64,000 nucleotides of DNA from Thermodesulfovibrionales bacterium (GCA_963715195.1 CAVQRT010000007.1:64001-128000); one strand, 5' to 3'. Counted from the stretch's first letter, positions 9,968 to 19,863 are shown. Numbers and translations: made by a program. Notes: a model not told the origin generated them from the sequence alone.

Positions 9968-11154
9968 AGTTTTATCCCCCTGATGCGGGCAACGTGCTGA
10001 ACGTCTTTGTCGCCCCTGCCGGAGAGGTTTACTATGATGATGGTATCTTTTGACAATGCAGGGGCGCGTTTCATGACTTCTGCAAGAGCATGAGCGGACT
10101 CAAGTGCGGGAATAATCCCGTCGGTTATTGACAAAAGATCAAATGCATCCAATGCCTCGTCGTCGGTTGCATACGCATAGCGGACACGCCCGCTGTCCTT
10201 CAGAAAAGAGTGCTGGGGACCCACTGACGCATAATCAAGACCTGCGGAAACGGAATGAGTTCCCAGAATATTGCCGTCATCATCCTGAAGGAGATAGCTC
10301 TTGCAGCCCTGGAATACGCCTATGGAGCCGCCAGCGAACCGCGCAGCGTGCTGTTCGGATTCGATTCCCCTGCCGCCGGCCTCGACCCCGATCATTTCTA
10401 CGGAATCATTCAGGAAAGCGTCAAACAGGCCGAGGGCATTGCTGCCGCCCCCCACACAGGCGATCAGATAATCGGGCAGCCTTCCCTCTGCAGCAAGGAT
10501 CTGCCGTTTCGCCTCCTTCCCGATTACCGACTGAAAATGTCTCACCATGAGAGGAAAAGGGTGGGGCCCGAAAACCGTTCCCATGACGTAATGCGTTGAG
10601 CGAACATTGGTTGTCCAATCCCGGAGAGCCTCATTGATTGCATCCTTTAATGTACGTGAACCTGTCGGAACCTCGGTAACTTTGGCTCCGAGAAGTCTCA
10701 TCCTGAAGACATTCAATGACTGCCTTTCCATGTCCTCGGTACCCATATATATTTCACACTCAAGGCCGGCGAGAGCAGCGCCCGTTGCCGTGGCCACGCC
10801 ATGCTGTCCTGCTCCGGTTTCTGCGATTACCCTCTTTTTCCCCATCATTTTTGCGAGGAGGACCTGGGCAACAGCATTGTTGATCTTGTGGGCACCGGTA
10901 TGAGCGAGGTCCTCACGCTTGAGGTAAATCTTTGCACCGCTGAGATGATCAGTGAACCGTTTTGCAAAATACAGCGGTGTTGGTCTGCCTATGTACGTTT
11001 TCCTAAGAAGATCGAGTTCGTTCCGGAAATCTTTGTCTTTGAGACAGACCGAAAATGCCTTCTCAAGCTCTTCGAGCGCCGGCATCAGGGTTTCCGGAAC
11101 AAAACGCCCTCCGTATGTGCCGAAATAGCCTCTTTTGTCAGGTAATGTCTTCAC
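9964..11154 (-). CDS. trpB: Tryptophan synthase beta chain
   Basis: [38 protein letters not shown]. Confidence 0.98.
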   Translation of the reverse strand: MKTLPDKRGYFGTYGGRFVPETLMPALEELEKAFSVCLKDKDFRNELDLLRKTYIGRPTPLYFAKRFTDHLSGAKIYLKREDLAHTGAHKINNAVAQVLLAKMMGKKRVIAETGAGQHGVATATGAALAGLECEIYMGTEDMERQSLNVFRMRLLGAKVTEVPTGSRTLKDAINEALRDWTTNVRSTHYVMGTVFGPHPFPLMVRHFQSVIGKEAKRQILAAEGRLPDYLIACVGGGSNALGLFDAFLNDSVEMIGVEAGGRGIESEQHAARFAGGSIGVFQGCKSYLLQDDDGNILGTHSVSAGLDYASVGPQHSFLKDSGRVRYAYATDDEALDAFDLLSITDGIIPALESAHALAEVMKRAPALSKDTIIIVNLSGRGDKDVQHVARIRGIKL

Positions 11155-11242
11155 AATGCTGTCTCTGCCTTCAGCGGTGCACGGTCATAATAAAGAGTTA
11201 TTATAGATCATATCTGCAAAATATTCCCTCTCTCCGCGATGT

Positions 11243-11272
11243 TTGACATCATGCAGACGATGCTTCTATACT
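11243..11272 (+). promoter_or_regulatory. Sigma70 promoter of a probably leaderless DUF3842-cooT transcript
   Basis: TTGACA-N18-TATACT, then 6 nt to GTG at 11279; no Shine-Dalgarno. Confidence 0.7.
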
Positions 11273-11278
11273 TTTATA

Positions 11279-11698
11279 GTGAAAATTGCTGTTGTTGACG
11301 GACAGGGCGGTGGGATCGGAAGCCTGATTGTGAAGAGACTTCGGGAGGAGTTTGGAGATTCCCTCGAAATCCTCGCACTTGGTACCAACGCCGCTGCCAC
11401 AACAGCGATGATGAAGGCGAGGGCGAACAAAGGTGCAACAGGGGAAAACGCGATCGTCTTAAATGCGGGAAAGGTTCAGGTAATAACCGGACCGTTAAGT
11501 ATCGTCCTTCCCAATGCAATGCTCGGAGAAATGACCGTTCGGATGGCTGAGGCTATTGCATCTTCTGACGCGAAAAAAATTCTTCTTGCCCTCAATCAGG
11601 AAGGAATCGATGTGATCGGAGTTGAAAAGGAACCCCTGCCTCACATGGTTGAAAAGATTGTAGGGACGATCAGACAGGAGTTAGGAAAGGAGACGTAA
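11279..11698 (+). CDS. DUF3842 family protein
   Basis: KIAVVDGQGGGIG, LGTNAAAT.AM.KA.A..GATGENAI signature. Start placed at GTG 11279. Confidence 0.85.
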   Translation: MKIAVVDGQGGGIGSLIVKRLREEFGDSLEILALGTNAAATTAMMKARANKGATGENAIVLNAGKVQVITGPLSIVLPNAMLGEMTVRMAEAIASSDAKKILLALNQEGIDVIGVEKEPLPHMVEKIVGTIRQELGKET

Positions 11699-11699
11699 T

Positions 11700-11888
11700 A
11701 TGTGCGAGGCAAATGCCTATATCTATCAGGACGGCATAGAGGAGCTTTATCTTGAGAGTGTTGATATTATGAGGCCTGAACAGGGCAAGCTTTACCTCAG
11801 AAATCTCTTCGGTGAACAAAAGGTCTTCGACGGACAGATTAGGGAAATATCGCTCTTACATCACAAGATTCTTCTCGAGAAGAAATAG
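11700..11888 (+). CDS. CooT family nickel-binding protein
   Basis: 62 aa, MCEANAY...LYLRNLFGEQK...SLLHHKI; strong RBS. Confidence 0.85.
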   Translation: MCEANAYIYQDGIEELYLESVDIMRPEQGKLYLRNLFGEQKVFDGQIREISLLHHKILLEKK

Positions 11889-11902
11889 GAGAGACGGTTC
11901 TG

Positions 11903-12142
11903 TTATTTTTTCGGTTTCTTCTTGCCTGGTCGAGTGCTTTTCTTTGATCCCCCCTTCGTGCCCGATATTTTCTTTGCCGGTTTCTGCTTCGGCCGGATTG
12001 CTTTTTTCCCGATAACGGCTGTTTCCGTTACTTCAATGCCGCAGCAGTAGATGGGGCTGAGTTCCCCCTCTCCCGTAGAGGTGACAACAATCTCGGAACC
12101 GCACTGTTCACACTCGTAGGTAACAGTCCTTGCTTTTGCCAT
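11903..12142 (-). CDS. Small desulforedoxin-like Cys4 metal-binding protein with Lys-rich tail
   Basis: CEQC-x17-CCG followed by KKAIRPKQKPAKK...KKKPKK; RBS gggaggag. Confidence 0.7.
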   Translation of the reverse strand: MAKARTVTYECEQCGSEIVVTSTGEGELSPIYCCGIEVTETAVIGKKAIRPKQKPAKKISGTKGGSKKSTRPGKKKPKK

Positions 12143-12224
12143 GATTCTCCTCCCTTGTTTTCTATTCGTACCGGTATATAGTATAGTAAATTTTATCCGA
12201 AATGAAACAATCGTCCGCGGAGGA

Positions 12225-12914
12225 ATGTTCAGAAGAAGGGAACCGTCTTCTTCCCTGCAGAGTATGGATAAGCTGACTTCTCACGCCATGAACCGCTGCA
12301 TGAGGTGCGGGACCTGCTGCAGGAAAGGCGGTCCGGTGTTGCATTATGAAGATATGGAGATTCTCCGTTGTCACCATGCAGAATATGCACATCTTGTCAC
12401 CGTACGGAAAGGTGAGCTGACGTACAATCCCGTGAGTAATACCATAGAACAGGCGTGTCAGGAAATGGTAAAAGTTGCAGGTAAGGGTGATACCTGGTCA
12501 TGTTACTTTTATCGGGAAGAGGATTCCTCGTGTATGATCTACGAATACCGCTTTCTTGAATGCCGTCTTCTTCAATGTTGGAATCCGGCTGATATCCTGG
12601 CTATTATTGGACGGCATACGATCCGCCGTTCGGATGTCATGAATCAGAATGATCCAGTTCTGCAGATTATTGAAATGCACGAAAAGGAGTGTCCACTGCT
12701 GGAACTGAAGGGGTTAATCGACGAAGTATCATCCGGGAAACAGAACAAAAAAGCTCTCAGGATGCTGTCACGGCTTGTTCAAAAAGACATGGCTATCCGT
12801 TCCTCGGCATTTGACGAATTGGGGCTGAACCCGGAATATGAACTGTTTATTTTTGGACGGCCTGTAAAGAACATTTTGCGCGACGCCGGATTAACCGTCA
12901 AGACTAAAGAGTAA
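12225..12914 (+). CDS. YkgJ family cysteine-cluster protein
   Basis: CMRCGTCC...C.FY....C.IYE.R..ECR. Start codon uncertain. Confidence 0.75.
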   Translation: MFRRREPSSSLQSMDKLTSHAMNRCMRCGTCCRKGGPVLHYEDMEILRCHHAEYAHLVTVRKGELTYNPVSNTIEQACQEMVKVAGKGDTWSCYFYREEDSSCMIYEYRFLECRLLQCWNPADILAIIGRHTIRRSDVMNQNDPVLQIIEMHEKECPLLELKGLIDEVSSGKQNKKALRMLSRLVQKDMAIRSSAFDELGLNPEYELFIFGRPVKNILRDAGLTVKTKE

Positions 12915-13006
12915 TCTGTGCCTGTAACAGCATTGACGGGTAAGGATTCATCAATACGTGCGTTTTCAGATTGCAGAAACGCCGATGAACTGAGAGGAGA
13001 CATGTC

Positions 13007-13474
13007 GTGTCCGAGGAGAGAAAACACCCGCAAAATCAGGGAACCGGGGAAGAATACTTTACGGAAGAACAGAAGGCTTATATCAAAGAAATGGTAGAGA
13101 AGCTCATGGAAAAAAGAATTCTGGTTGTTTACGGAGATGAGGATGAAAATGCTGTAGGGGTGTGTTTTGATGACGATGGACGGAAAAAACAGTGCAAAGC
13201 TGTGTGCTGTAGTTTTATCTTTGCGCTAACGAAGCGCGATGTCGAACATGGCATGATACGGTGGAATCAAAAGCGGCCATATTTCATTGCAAGAGACGAG
13301 GACGGATACTGCCCCCACCTTGACAGGGAGACATTGCGCTGCACAATCTGGGAATACAGGCCTGAACGGTGCAGGAATTATGACTGCAGAAAAGACGGGA
13401 ATGTCTGGGAAGACTGGGAAAAGAGGATTCTGAACAAAGACGTATTCAAACATCTTCCGAAACAGGAAGAATGA
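13007..13474 (+). CDS. YkgJ family cysteine-cluster protein
   Basis: C..VCC...DGYCPHLD....CTIWEYRPERCRNYDC. Confidence 0.78.
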   Translation: MSEERKHPQNQGTGEEYFTEEQKAYIKEMVEKLMEKRILVVYGDEDENAVGVCFDDDGRKKQCKAVCCSFIFALTKRDVEHGMIRWNQKRPYFIARDEDGYCPHLDRETLRCTIWEYRPERCRNYDCRKDGNVWEDWEKRILNKDVFKHLPKQEE

Positions 13475-13496
13475 TTGAATCATAGAGGAGGAAAAG

Positions 13497-14087
13497 ATGG
13501 CAAAAGTGAAGAGTGCGCTTGAGATCGCCCTGGAAAAGGCTGGTAACATAGCCACCTTTACTCGGGAAGAGAAGGAAAGGCTGCTGGATGAGGAGAGACT
13601 CCTGTCTGTTCTCAGGGAATTTTATCAAGGCAATATTGATTCAGGCGGACTGTGGCAGCACCTGAAAGGGAGCAAGCCGTTCCTACTGCGGGAAGCACAA
13701 CTCAGCGTGATCAACACCTTTGGTCTTGGAAGTTCTCCTGAAGATTTCCGGACAAGAACACAGGCGATTCTTGCCGTTGAAACGTTGAAGGATAAGCAGA
13801 ATACCGCAATGATTGAGTCAGAGCTCCATTCACTCGAAGCCCTGCTGAAAGAATATCAGGAGATGAAAGACCGTGCCGTTGAAGACCTGAAGCAGCAGAT
13901 AGAAATGCATCCCCAGATGCGGATGCGCCCGGTAAGAACTCCGGACGGCAAAACGGTTATGCAGATGACAGTATCGGCTGATGAAGCGGTAAAAGCCAGG
14001 TTGTCAGAATTCCTTTCAGAACAGGAAGGGCAGTTCAACCAGGAATTTTCATTCGTGATCGAGAATCTGAAGAATCTGGTGATGTAG
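13497..14087 (+). CDS. Conserved helical hypothetical protein (DUF6657-like)
   Basis: N-terminus MAKVKSALEIALEK; good RBS gaggagg. Confidence 0.6.
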   Translation: MAKVKSALEIALEKAGNIATFTREEKERLLDEERLLSVLREFYQGNIDSGGLWQHLKGSKPFLLREAQLSVINTFGLGSSPEDFRTRTQAILAVETLKDKQNTAMIESELHSLEALLKEYQEMKDRAVEDLKQQIEMHPQMRMRPVRTPDGKTVMQMTVSADEAVKARLSEFLSEQEGQFNQEFSFVIENLKNLVM

Positions 14088-14120
14088 ATTTAAAAAACTC
14101 CGCGCGCTTTACTGAACTGG

Positions 14121-14864
14121 CTAATAATATCTGTGGCACATTTTGCATATGCGGGGCTTGGGGAACAATTTTTGGTATTCCGAGCTGTGCGGATTATGAC
14201 AGGTCGTACACGTAATCAGTTTCTTTCTGTTCCTGGGATCAGGAACGCCCTCTACCGGATGAACCTTTCCACGCGGCATGGATGAAACGATATGACTGCC
14301 TGATTTCCGGGCTCTGTGACAGTCTGTGCATACCTGGGAAACAGGTGCGTAGAGAAGAAAAGGATGCTCACTGGCGTGCCGGTCATGACAGCTGCACCGG
14401 TGGGTGATGATCTTGTGGACATACTTCTTGCTGAATTTTTCCCTGTTGTGACACGAGTAACACAGTTCCGGAGCTTCAGTGATGAGGAGCATCTCTAACT
14501 CCGAGCCGTGGGGATTGTGGCAGCCCGTGCAATTGCCAGAGGCGGCAGGTGCGTGTACATCCCTGTTCTGAAATTTTGTTTTTTTATGGCAGCGAAAGCA
14601 AAGAAGAGGCATGTCTTGGACAAGTCTCATGCTGTTGCTTTCCTGAGGGTGGTTCTTTGCCTGGACCTGCACGTGACAGGTTTCACATCCCAAGAGCAAT
14701 GCCTTGTGTTCTTTTTTGGCCGGTTTGCGGAATTCAGGATGACAATCGAGACACGGACTGGGCTTTTTTTCGTCGGCGGAAATCGGGACCGTCAACAACA
14801 GACTTGCAATGAAAATACCTATGAGGGCTGCAAATCCAGGTACTCGAAAAAACGTTCTGTGCAC
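14121..14864 (-). CDS. Periplasmic multiheme c-type cytochrome (doubled CXXCH type)
   Basis: Signal peptide, 8 CXXCH motifs plus one CSCH, CxxCHNPH repeats. Start at GTG 14864 after ggaga. Confidence 0.88.
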   Translation of the reverse strand: MHRTFFRVPGFAALIGIFIASLLLTVPISADEKKPSPCLDCHPEFRKPAKKEHKALLLGCETCHVQVQAKNHPQESNSMRLVQDMPLLCFRCHKKTKFQNRDVHAPAASGNCTGCHNPHGSELEMLLITEAPELCYSCHNREKFSKKYVHKIITHRCSCHDRHASEHPFLLYAPVSQVCTDCHRARKSGSHIVSSMPRGKVHPVEGVPDPRNRKKLITCTTCHNPHSSEYQKLFPKPRICKMCHRYY

Positions 14865-14875
14865 TGTCTCTCCAA

Positions 14876-17098
14876 TTATCCGCAGCGGGTGAAGCCGCAA
14901 TTGTGACAGACTGCACAACCTCCCTCGTGCTCAATCGCCCCGCCGCATTCAGGGCATGCGCCCATGAGCATAATAACCTTGTGGCTGTCCCCGTTGCCTT
15001 TTGACCCTTTTTCCCGGTATCGCTGGAGTGAATTTGCTATTGCATCCGAGCACGATAGAATTCTCCCGCCCTCGTGCCAAGTGGGGGAATGACACATAAT
15101 TCCCTTGAGCTGCTTAATGACCTCATCGGGCTCGATATTTGATCTGAATGCAAGTGATACCAGCCGACCAATCGCCTCTGACTGGCTTGCAGCACATCCA
15201 CCGGCTTTACCCATTGAGGTAAAGAGTTCGAAAAGATGTCCTTCTTCATCCTCGTTAATGGTAATGTAAATATTGCCGCATCCGGTCTTCATGAGCCGTG
15301 TTGTACCTTTTATGACATCAGGTCTTTTTCTTGGAACAATCTTCTGCCTCGTCTCATCGGGCAGCTGTTGTTCACCTCTCTTGCCTCTGGTGAGGACCTG
15401 TGCTTCCCTTGAGCCATCCCTGTAAACGGTTACGCCCTTGCAACCGAGGCTGTAGGCAAGGAGATAGACATCCTCCACATCCTTCGGAGTTGCCTTATGA
15501 GAAAAATTGACGGTCTTTGAGACTGCGTTGTCGACATATTTCTGAAAGGCAGCCTGTTTCGCTATATGCTCCGAGGGTGAAATATCATGAGCGGTTACAA
15601 AGACGGCTTTGACGTCATCGGGTATCTCGTTAAACCCCTGAATTGAGCCGGTTTCGGCAATGCTTTCCATGAGGTCCCTTGTCCAGAAACCCCGCTCCTT
15701 CGCAACTTTTTCAAAGAAAGGATTTATCTCGATCAGTTTTGTGCCTTCCATAACGGTTCTTACATAAGAAACAGCAAACAGGGGTTCAATGCCTGATGAG
15801 CATCCAGCGATTATCGAGAGCGTTCCTGTTGGCGCAATGGTTGTTATCGTGGCGTTCCTCAGGCGCAGGTTTCCGTCATGTATACTGCCCTCAAAATTGG
15901 TAAATACGCCTCGTTGCTCTGCGAGCGCAGCCGAAGCGTACCTCCCTTCTCTCTGGATGAATTCCATGATTTCTTCTGACAGGCTCACTGCCCTGTTTGA
16001 ATTGTAGGGGATGCCGAGTTGTATGAGCATATCTGCCCATCCCATGATACCGAGGCCGATCTTTCTGTTTGCCCGGGTCATCTCTTCAATTTTCGCCAGC
16101 GGATATTTGTTGATGTCAATGACATTATCGAGAAAATGTACTGCTTTCCATGTTGTGTCCTTCAGCAGGTCCCATGCGACTGACGGGGATTCATTGGTTA
16201 CCATCCGGGCGAGATTAATTGAGCCGAGGTTACATGACTCATAGGGAAGCAGCGGCTGCTCGCCGCATGGATTTGTCGATTCTATCTTCCCTGCCTTCGG
16301 GGTTGGATTCGATGCGTTCACCCTGTCGATAAAGACAATGCCGGGTTCACCATTTTTCCATGCATGTTCCACAATAAGATGGAATACTTCTCTTGCCTTA
16401 AGGGAGTTGACAACCTTACGGGTTCTCGGGTTGATGAGGTCGTACGGTTTGTCTTCCTGAACTGCCTGCATGAACTCTTCGGTGAGGGCAACGGAAATAT
16501 TGAAATTATTGAATTTCGTGGTATCGTCCTTGCAAGTGATAAAACTGAGAATATCGGGATGATCAACCCTCAGTATCCCCATATTTGCTCCTCTTCTTGT
16601 GCCGCCCTGTTTTACCGCTTCCGTTGCTGTGTCAAAGACGGTCATGAAGGAGACGGGCCCTGAGGATATCCCCTTTGTGGAGCCGACGATATCTCCGTTC
16701 GGTCTCAGCCGCGAGAAACTGAACCCTGTTCCGCCGCCTGATTTATGGATGATTGCAGTGTATTTTACTGCGTCGAATATGGACTCCATGGAATCGCCTA
16801 CCGGCAGGACGAAACAGGCGCTCAACTGGCCGAGTCTTCTGCCTGCATTCATGAGGGTAGGGCTGTTTGGAAGAAATTCCAGAGCGGTCAGCATCTGGTA
16901 AAACTCGTGTTCTACCTGCATGACTTCTTCCTGCGATTTTCCGTAGTTCAGGTCAGCCAAGGCGACGCTTTTAGCTACCCTCCGGAAGAGGTCTGCCGGT
17001 GTTTCAATGACTTTACCCTCCTCATCCTTTTTCAGATATCTTTTTTCAAGCACTTTTGAGGCATTCGCCGAGAGATTCAAAGTCTGCGTGACTTCCAT
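14876..17098 (-). CDS. nrdJ: Class II (adenosylcobalamin-dependent) ribonucleotide reductase, full length with TSCPD-type C-terminal domain
   Basis: PNSPTLMNAG, QLSACFV, NPCGEQPL..YESCNLGS, TIAPTGT, KGVTVYRDGSR, C-terminal TGCG...CPEC...C..C..CG...C. Confidence 0.95.
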   Translation of the reverse strand: MEVTQTLNLSANASKVLEKRYLKKDEEGKVIETPADLFRRVAKSVALADLNYGKSQEEVMQVEHEFYQMLTALEFLPNSPTLMNAGRRLGQLSACFVLPVGDSMESIFDAVKYTAIIHKSGGGTGFSFSRLRPNGDIVGSTKGISSGPVSFMTVFDTATEAVKQGGTRRGANMGILRVDHPDILSFITCKDDTTKFNNFNISVALTEEFMQAVQEDKPYDLINPRTRKVVNSLKAREVFHLIVEHAWKNGEPGIVFIDRVNASNPTPKAGKIESTNPCGEQPLLPYESCNLGSINLARMVTNESPSVAWDLLKDTTWKAVHFLDNVIDINKYPLAKIEEMTRANRKIGLGIMGWADMLIQLGIPYNSNRAVSLSEEIMEFIQREGRYASAALAEQRGVFTNFEGSIHDGNLRLRNATITTIAPTGTLSIIAGCSSGIEPLFAVSYVRTVMEGTKLIEINPFFEKVAKERGFWTRDLMESIAETGSIQGFNEIPDDVKAVFVTAHDISPSEHIAKQAAFQKYVDNAVSKTVNFSHKATPKDVEDVYLLAYSLGCKGVTVYRDGSREAQVLTRGKRGEQQLPDETRQKIVPRKRPDVIKGTTRLMKTGCGNIYITINEDEEGHLFELFTSMGKAGGCAASQSEAIGRLVSLAFRSNIEPDEVIKQLKGIMCHSPTWHEGGRILSCSDAIANSLQRYREKGSKGNGDSHKVIMLMGACPECGGAIEHEGGCAVCHNCGFTRCG

Positions 17099-17126
17099 GA
17101 TACCCCCTTTTCATGATTCTATTCAT

Positions 17127-17184
17127 TATCAATAAATTGTATTTTAATGTTCGTACGCAGACATTAAACCACAAGATATTGTGT
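17127..17184 (-). promoter_or_regulatory. Tandem NrdR boxes upstream of nrdJ
   Basis: ACACAATATCTTGTGG (17184-17169) sits in the spacer of TTGACA-N17-TTTAAT. A weaker ATACAATTTATTGATA (17142-17127) lies 42 bp away. Confidence 0.8.
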
Positions 17185-17271
17185 CTGTCAAGGAAAAAAT
17201 TATGAAATTATAACAGGCTGATTTATAAAGGTTTTTATGGTGAAATGTTTGTTGAAAAATTGTTGAAAGTT

Positions 17272-18693
17272 TTACTTTATTATCTCTGCCGTAAAGGTGT
17301 ATAGTTCCGCATCTTTCCATGCATATTCAGGCAGCCCTGCTTTGGCGCAGAGTTGTCTGAGAAAGGTCTGTCTGTCCCATCCCTGCTCGGTCGCCACCTG
17401 CGGAAGGAGAAGTCCGCTCCGTGCCCCCTTCCTGATGACCAAACCGTGTCTTCCTGTCTCGATGCTTTTCACATCTTTTAATTTCTGCAGGGGGGAAAGT
17501 ATGGAGATTTCTATTTCGATGTTTGCCAATTCATCTTTTGTCATGGGGGGAAATCTCGGATCACCCGAGGACGCAGCTATGGCGTTTTTTATGACCGACT
17601 GATAAAGGGGCATGACAGGCTGAACATGACCGATACAGCCTCTCAGAGAGCCGTTTTGCTTTATGGTCACAAATACAGCTCCATCGGTTTTCAGCTTGGG
17701 ATTCATGATCTTTCTTTCGATCTCTTTGCCGTTTGTTACATATTCGGTGATAGCTTCTCTCGCAAGAGAGAGCAATTCCCTCTTTTCATCATCACTGTAA
17801 GTGCTCTTGACAAGACCCATGGAGGCATAACCGACAACCCTGTCCTTCTCCTGCGTGACGTCACCTGAGTTGGCATACTTGAAAAGGACGCCACGGTTTG
17901 CTCCATGTCTTTTTGCAACCTCCATCGCAATGATGACGGGAACAGCTCCGCACATCTCGGATTTTCCGCTCTGTATCAGCTCGCCGGCATTCATTACAGA
18001 GAGCCTTTCGATGGCTGAAATAATTTTACTGTCCATATCGATTGCCTGCTGATACCCGTGATAGTGTGAGAGGTCGGTACTTGCGACCATAAGGGTTGTA
18101 TCATCGATCAGTTCTGTCAGCGCGGATATGAGATGATCGAATGTTTCTTTTGAAGGATTACCGATGAGAACCGGTATGATCATGAAATCATTCAGAACAG
18201 ACTGGAGGAAAGGAAGCTGAACCTCGAGAGAGTGTTCCTTTGCAAACGCTGCAGGGTAAAATGTTACCTGTGCATGCTCATTCAGAAGCGTTTTTGATGA
18301 CTTCGCGTCGATTCCCACGTCACCAAGCGGTGTCTTGAAGACACCTGACGGATACACAGAGGCCCCTCTGAAGGTTTCGTGATGGCTCTGACCGATCAGG
18401 ATAATTTTCCTGATATCACGGCCCTGCAGTTGTCTGTATCCGTATGCTGCAACCTGTCCGGAATATCTGTATCCGGCGTGTGGTGAGATAAGTGCAATGA
18501 TCTTTCCTTCACCGGTAATGTTCTTTGCCCTCGAGAGAAATGTTTCAACGGTATCCTTCAGTTCTTTTCTATCAGAAGGATAAAAAGTGCCGGCAACGGA
18601 AGGTTCTTTGACATTTTCGGTACAACCGGTGGTAGCAAGGCAGGTGAGAAAAAAACAGATTGTCAACGATATAGTCCATATACGATTTTTCAT
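17272..18693 (-). CDS. AmmeMemoRadiSam protein B (Memo) fused to protein A (AMMECR1), with N-terminal signal/lipoprotein-like peptide
   Basis: VAGTFYP, PHAGYRYSG, EHSLEVQLPFL, STDLSHY, then AVFVTI...LRGCIG, GLLLPQVA. Confidence 0.9.
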   Translation of the reverse strand: MKNRIWTISLTICFFLTCLATTGCTENVKEPSVAGTFYPSDRKELKDTVETFLSRAKNITGEGKIIALISPHAGYRYSGQVAAYGYRQLQGRDIRKIILIGQSHHETFRGASVYPSGVFKTPLGDVGIDAKSSKTLLNEHAQVTFYPAAFAKEHSLEVQLPFLQSVLNDFMIIPVLIGNPSKETFDHLISALTELIDDTTLMVASTDLSHYHGYQQAIDMDSKIISAIERLSVMNAGELIQSGKSEMCGAVPVIIAMEVAKRHGANRGVLFKYANSGDVTQEKDRVVGYASMGLVKSTYSDDEKRELLSLAREAITEYVTNGKEIERKIMNPKLKTDGAVFVTIKQNGSLRGCIGHVQPVMPLYQSVIKNAIAASSGDPRFPPMTKDELANIEIEISILSPLQKLKDVKSIETGRHGLVIRKGARSGLLLPQVATEQGWDRQTFLRQLCAKAGLPEYAWKDAELYTFTAEIIK

Positions 18694-18852
18694 GGTCAAT
18701 CTACTTTTTTCCAAAACATCGCCTCTTTCAATGGCTTCTCAGGCTTTTTTTCGGATAGAGCCTTGTTACTGAATAAGGTAAGAAAAACACTTGATATGAA
18801 TAGGTTTAAGAATTCCCTTCGTTTCATGATAATCTTAGCCTCTCCATTTTTC

Positions 18853-18882
18853 TGTCATTCCTGCTTGTTGGGTCGCACCCTG
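18853..18882. repeat. Partial REP-like element (GTCATTCC family)
   Basis: tgtcattcctgcttgttgggtcgcaccc, a left-arm variant. Confidence 0.5.
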
Positions 18883-18888
18883 TCTTTA

Positions 18889-19863
18889 TCAACTCCAGAC
18901 TCCTGCGATAGCAGTGTTGCAGAACGTGCATCTGCCACTCAGTATGTGGTTCTGTTTTACAAAATATCCTATCCTTTCGACGAGCAACTTTTTGCACTGC
19001 GGGCAGAAGGTGCTTTCACCTTCATGACGGATATTGCCGACATAGACGAACTTCAGCCCGGCATCGATTGCAGTCTTCCTCGCGCCTTCCAGAATCTCAA
19101 GCGGCGTTGGCGGGAGGTTGGTTAGTTTATAATGGGGGAAAAACCGTGAGAAATGTACCGGCACATCAGCCCCGAGATTTCTGACTATCCAGCCGCTCAT
19201 ATCCCTGATTTTTTTTAGATCGTCATTGAGAGTCGGAATAATGAGATTGGTTATCTCAAGCCATACGCCTTCGTCCTTTAATACCGTGAGAGCATTGAGG
19301 ACGGGTTTAAGGCTCCCTCCGCATATTCTGCTGTAAAAATCTTCTGTAAACCCCTTAAGATCCACATCAGCGGCATCCATATATTTTGACAGCGTTCTGA
19401 GCGGCTTTTCATTGATATAGCCGCAGGAATGCATGGTATTTTTTATTCCCTGCTTTTTGGCAATGCCGGCGGTATCATACATATACTCATAAAATACGGT
19501 TGGTTCGGTGTATGTATATGTTACCGATCTGCACTGGTAGGATATCGCATTGCTCACTACTTTAGCGGGGGGCATGTCATAGGTGTCGGTATCTTCGGGT
19601 CTTGCCTGTGATATCTGCCAGTTCTGGCAGAATTTACAGCTCAGAACACAACCTGCAGTAGCAATCGAAAACGCCCTGGTACCCGGCAGGAAATGAAAAA
19701 AGGGTTTTTTCTCGATCGGATCAATATGGACTGCACAGGGCTTCCCGTAGACAACGCTGTACAATACGCCATTCTTGTTCATGCGTGCTCTGCATCTGCT
19801 GTGCTGCCCAGGTTCAAGCACGCATGCATTCGGGCAGAGCTCGCATTGCACCCTCTTTGCCAT
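18889..19863 (-). CDS. AmmeMemoRadiSam system radical SAM enzyme
   Basis: DPIEKKPFFHFLPG, CVLSCKFCQNWQIS (CxxxCxxC), YTEPT, HFSRFFP.YKL. Confidence 0.93.
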   Translation of the reverse strand: MAKRVQCELCPNACVLEPGQHSRCRARMNKNGVLYSVVYGKPCAVHIDPIEKKPFFHFLPGTRAFSIATAGCVLSCKFCQNWQISQARPEDTDTYDMPPAKVVSNAISYQCRSVTYTYTEPTVFYEYMYDTAGIAKKQGIKNTMHSCGYINEKPLRTLSKYMDAADVDLKGFTEDFYSRICGGSLKPVLNALTVLKDEGVWLEITNLIIPTLNDDLKKIRDMSGWIVRNLGADVPVHFSRFFPHYKLTNLPPTPLEILEGARKTAIDAGLKFVYVGNIRHEGESTFCPQCKKLLVERIGYFVKQNHILSGRCTFCNTAIAGVWS

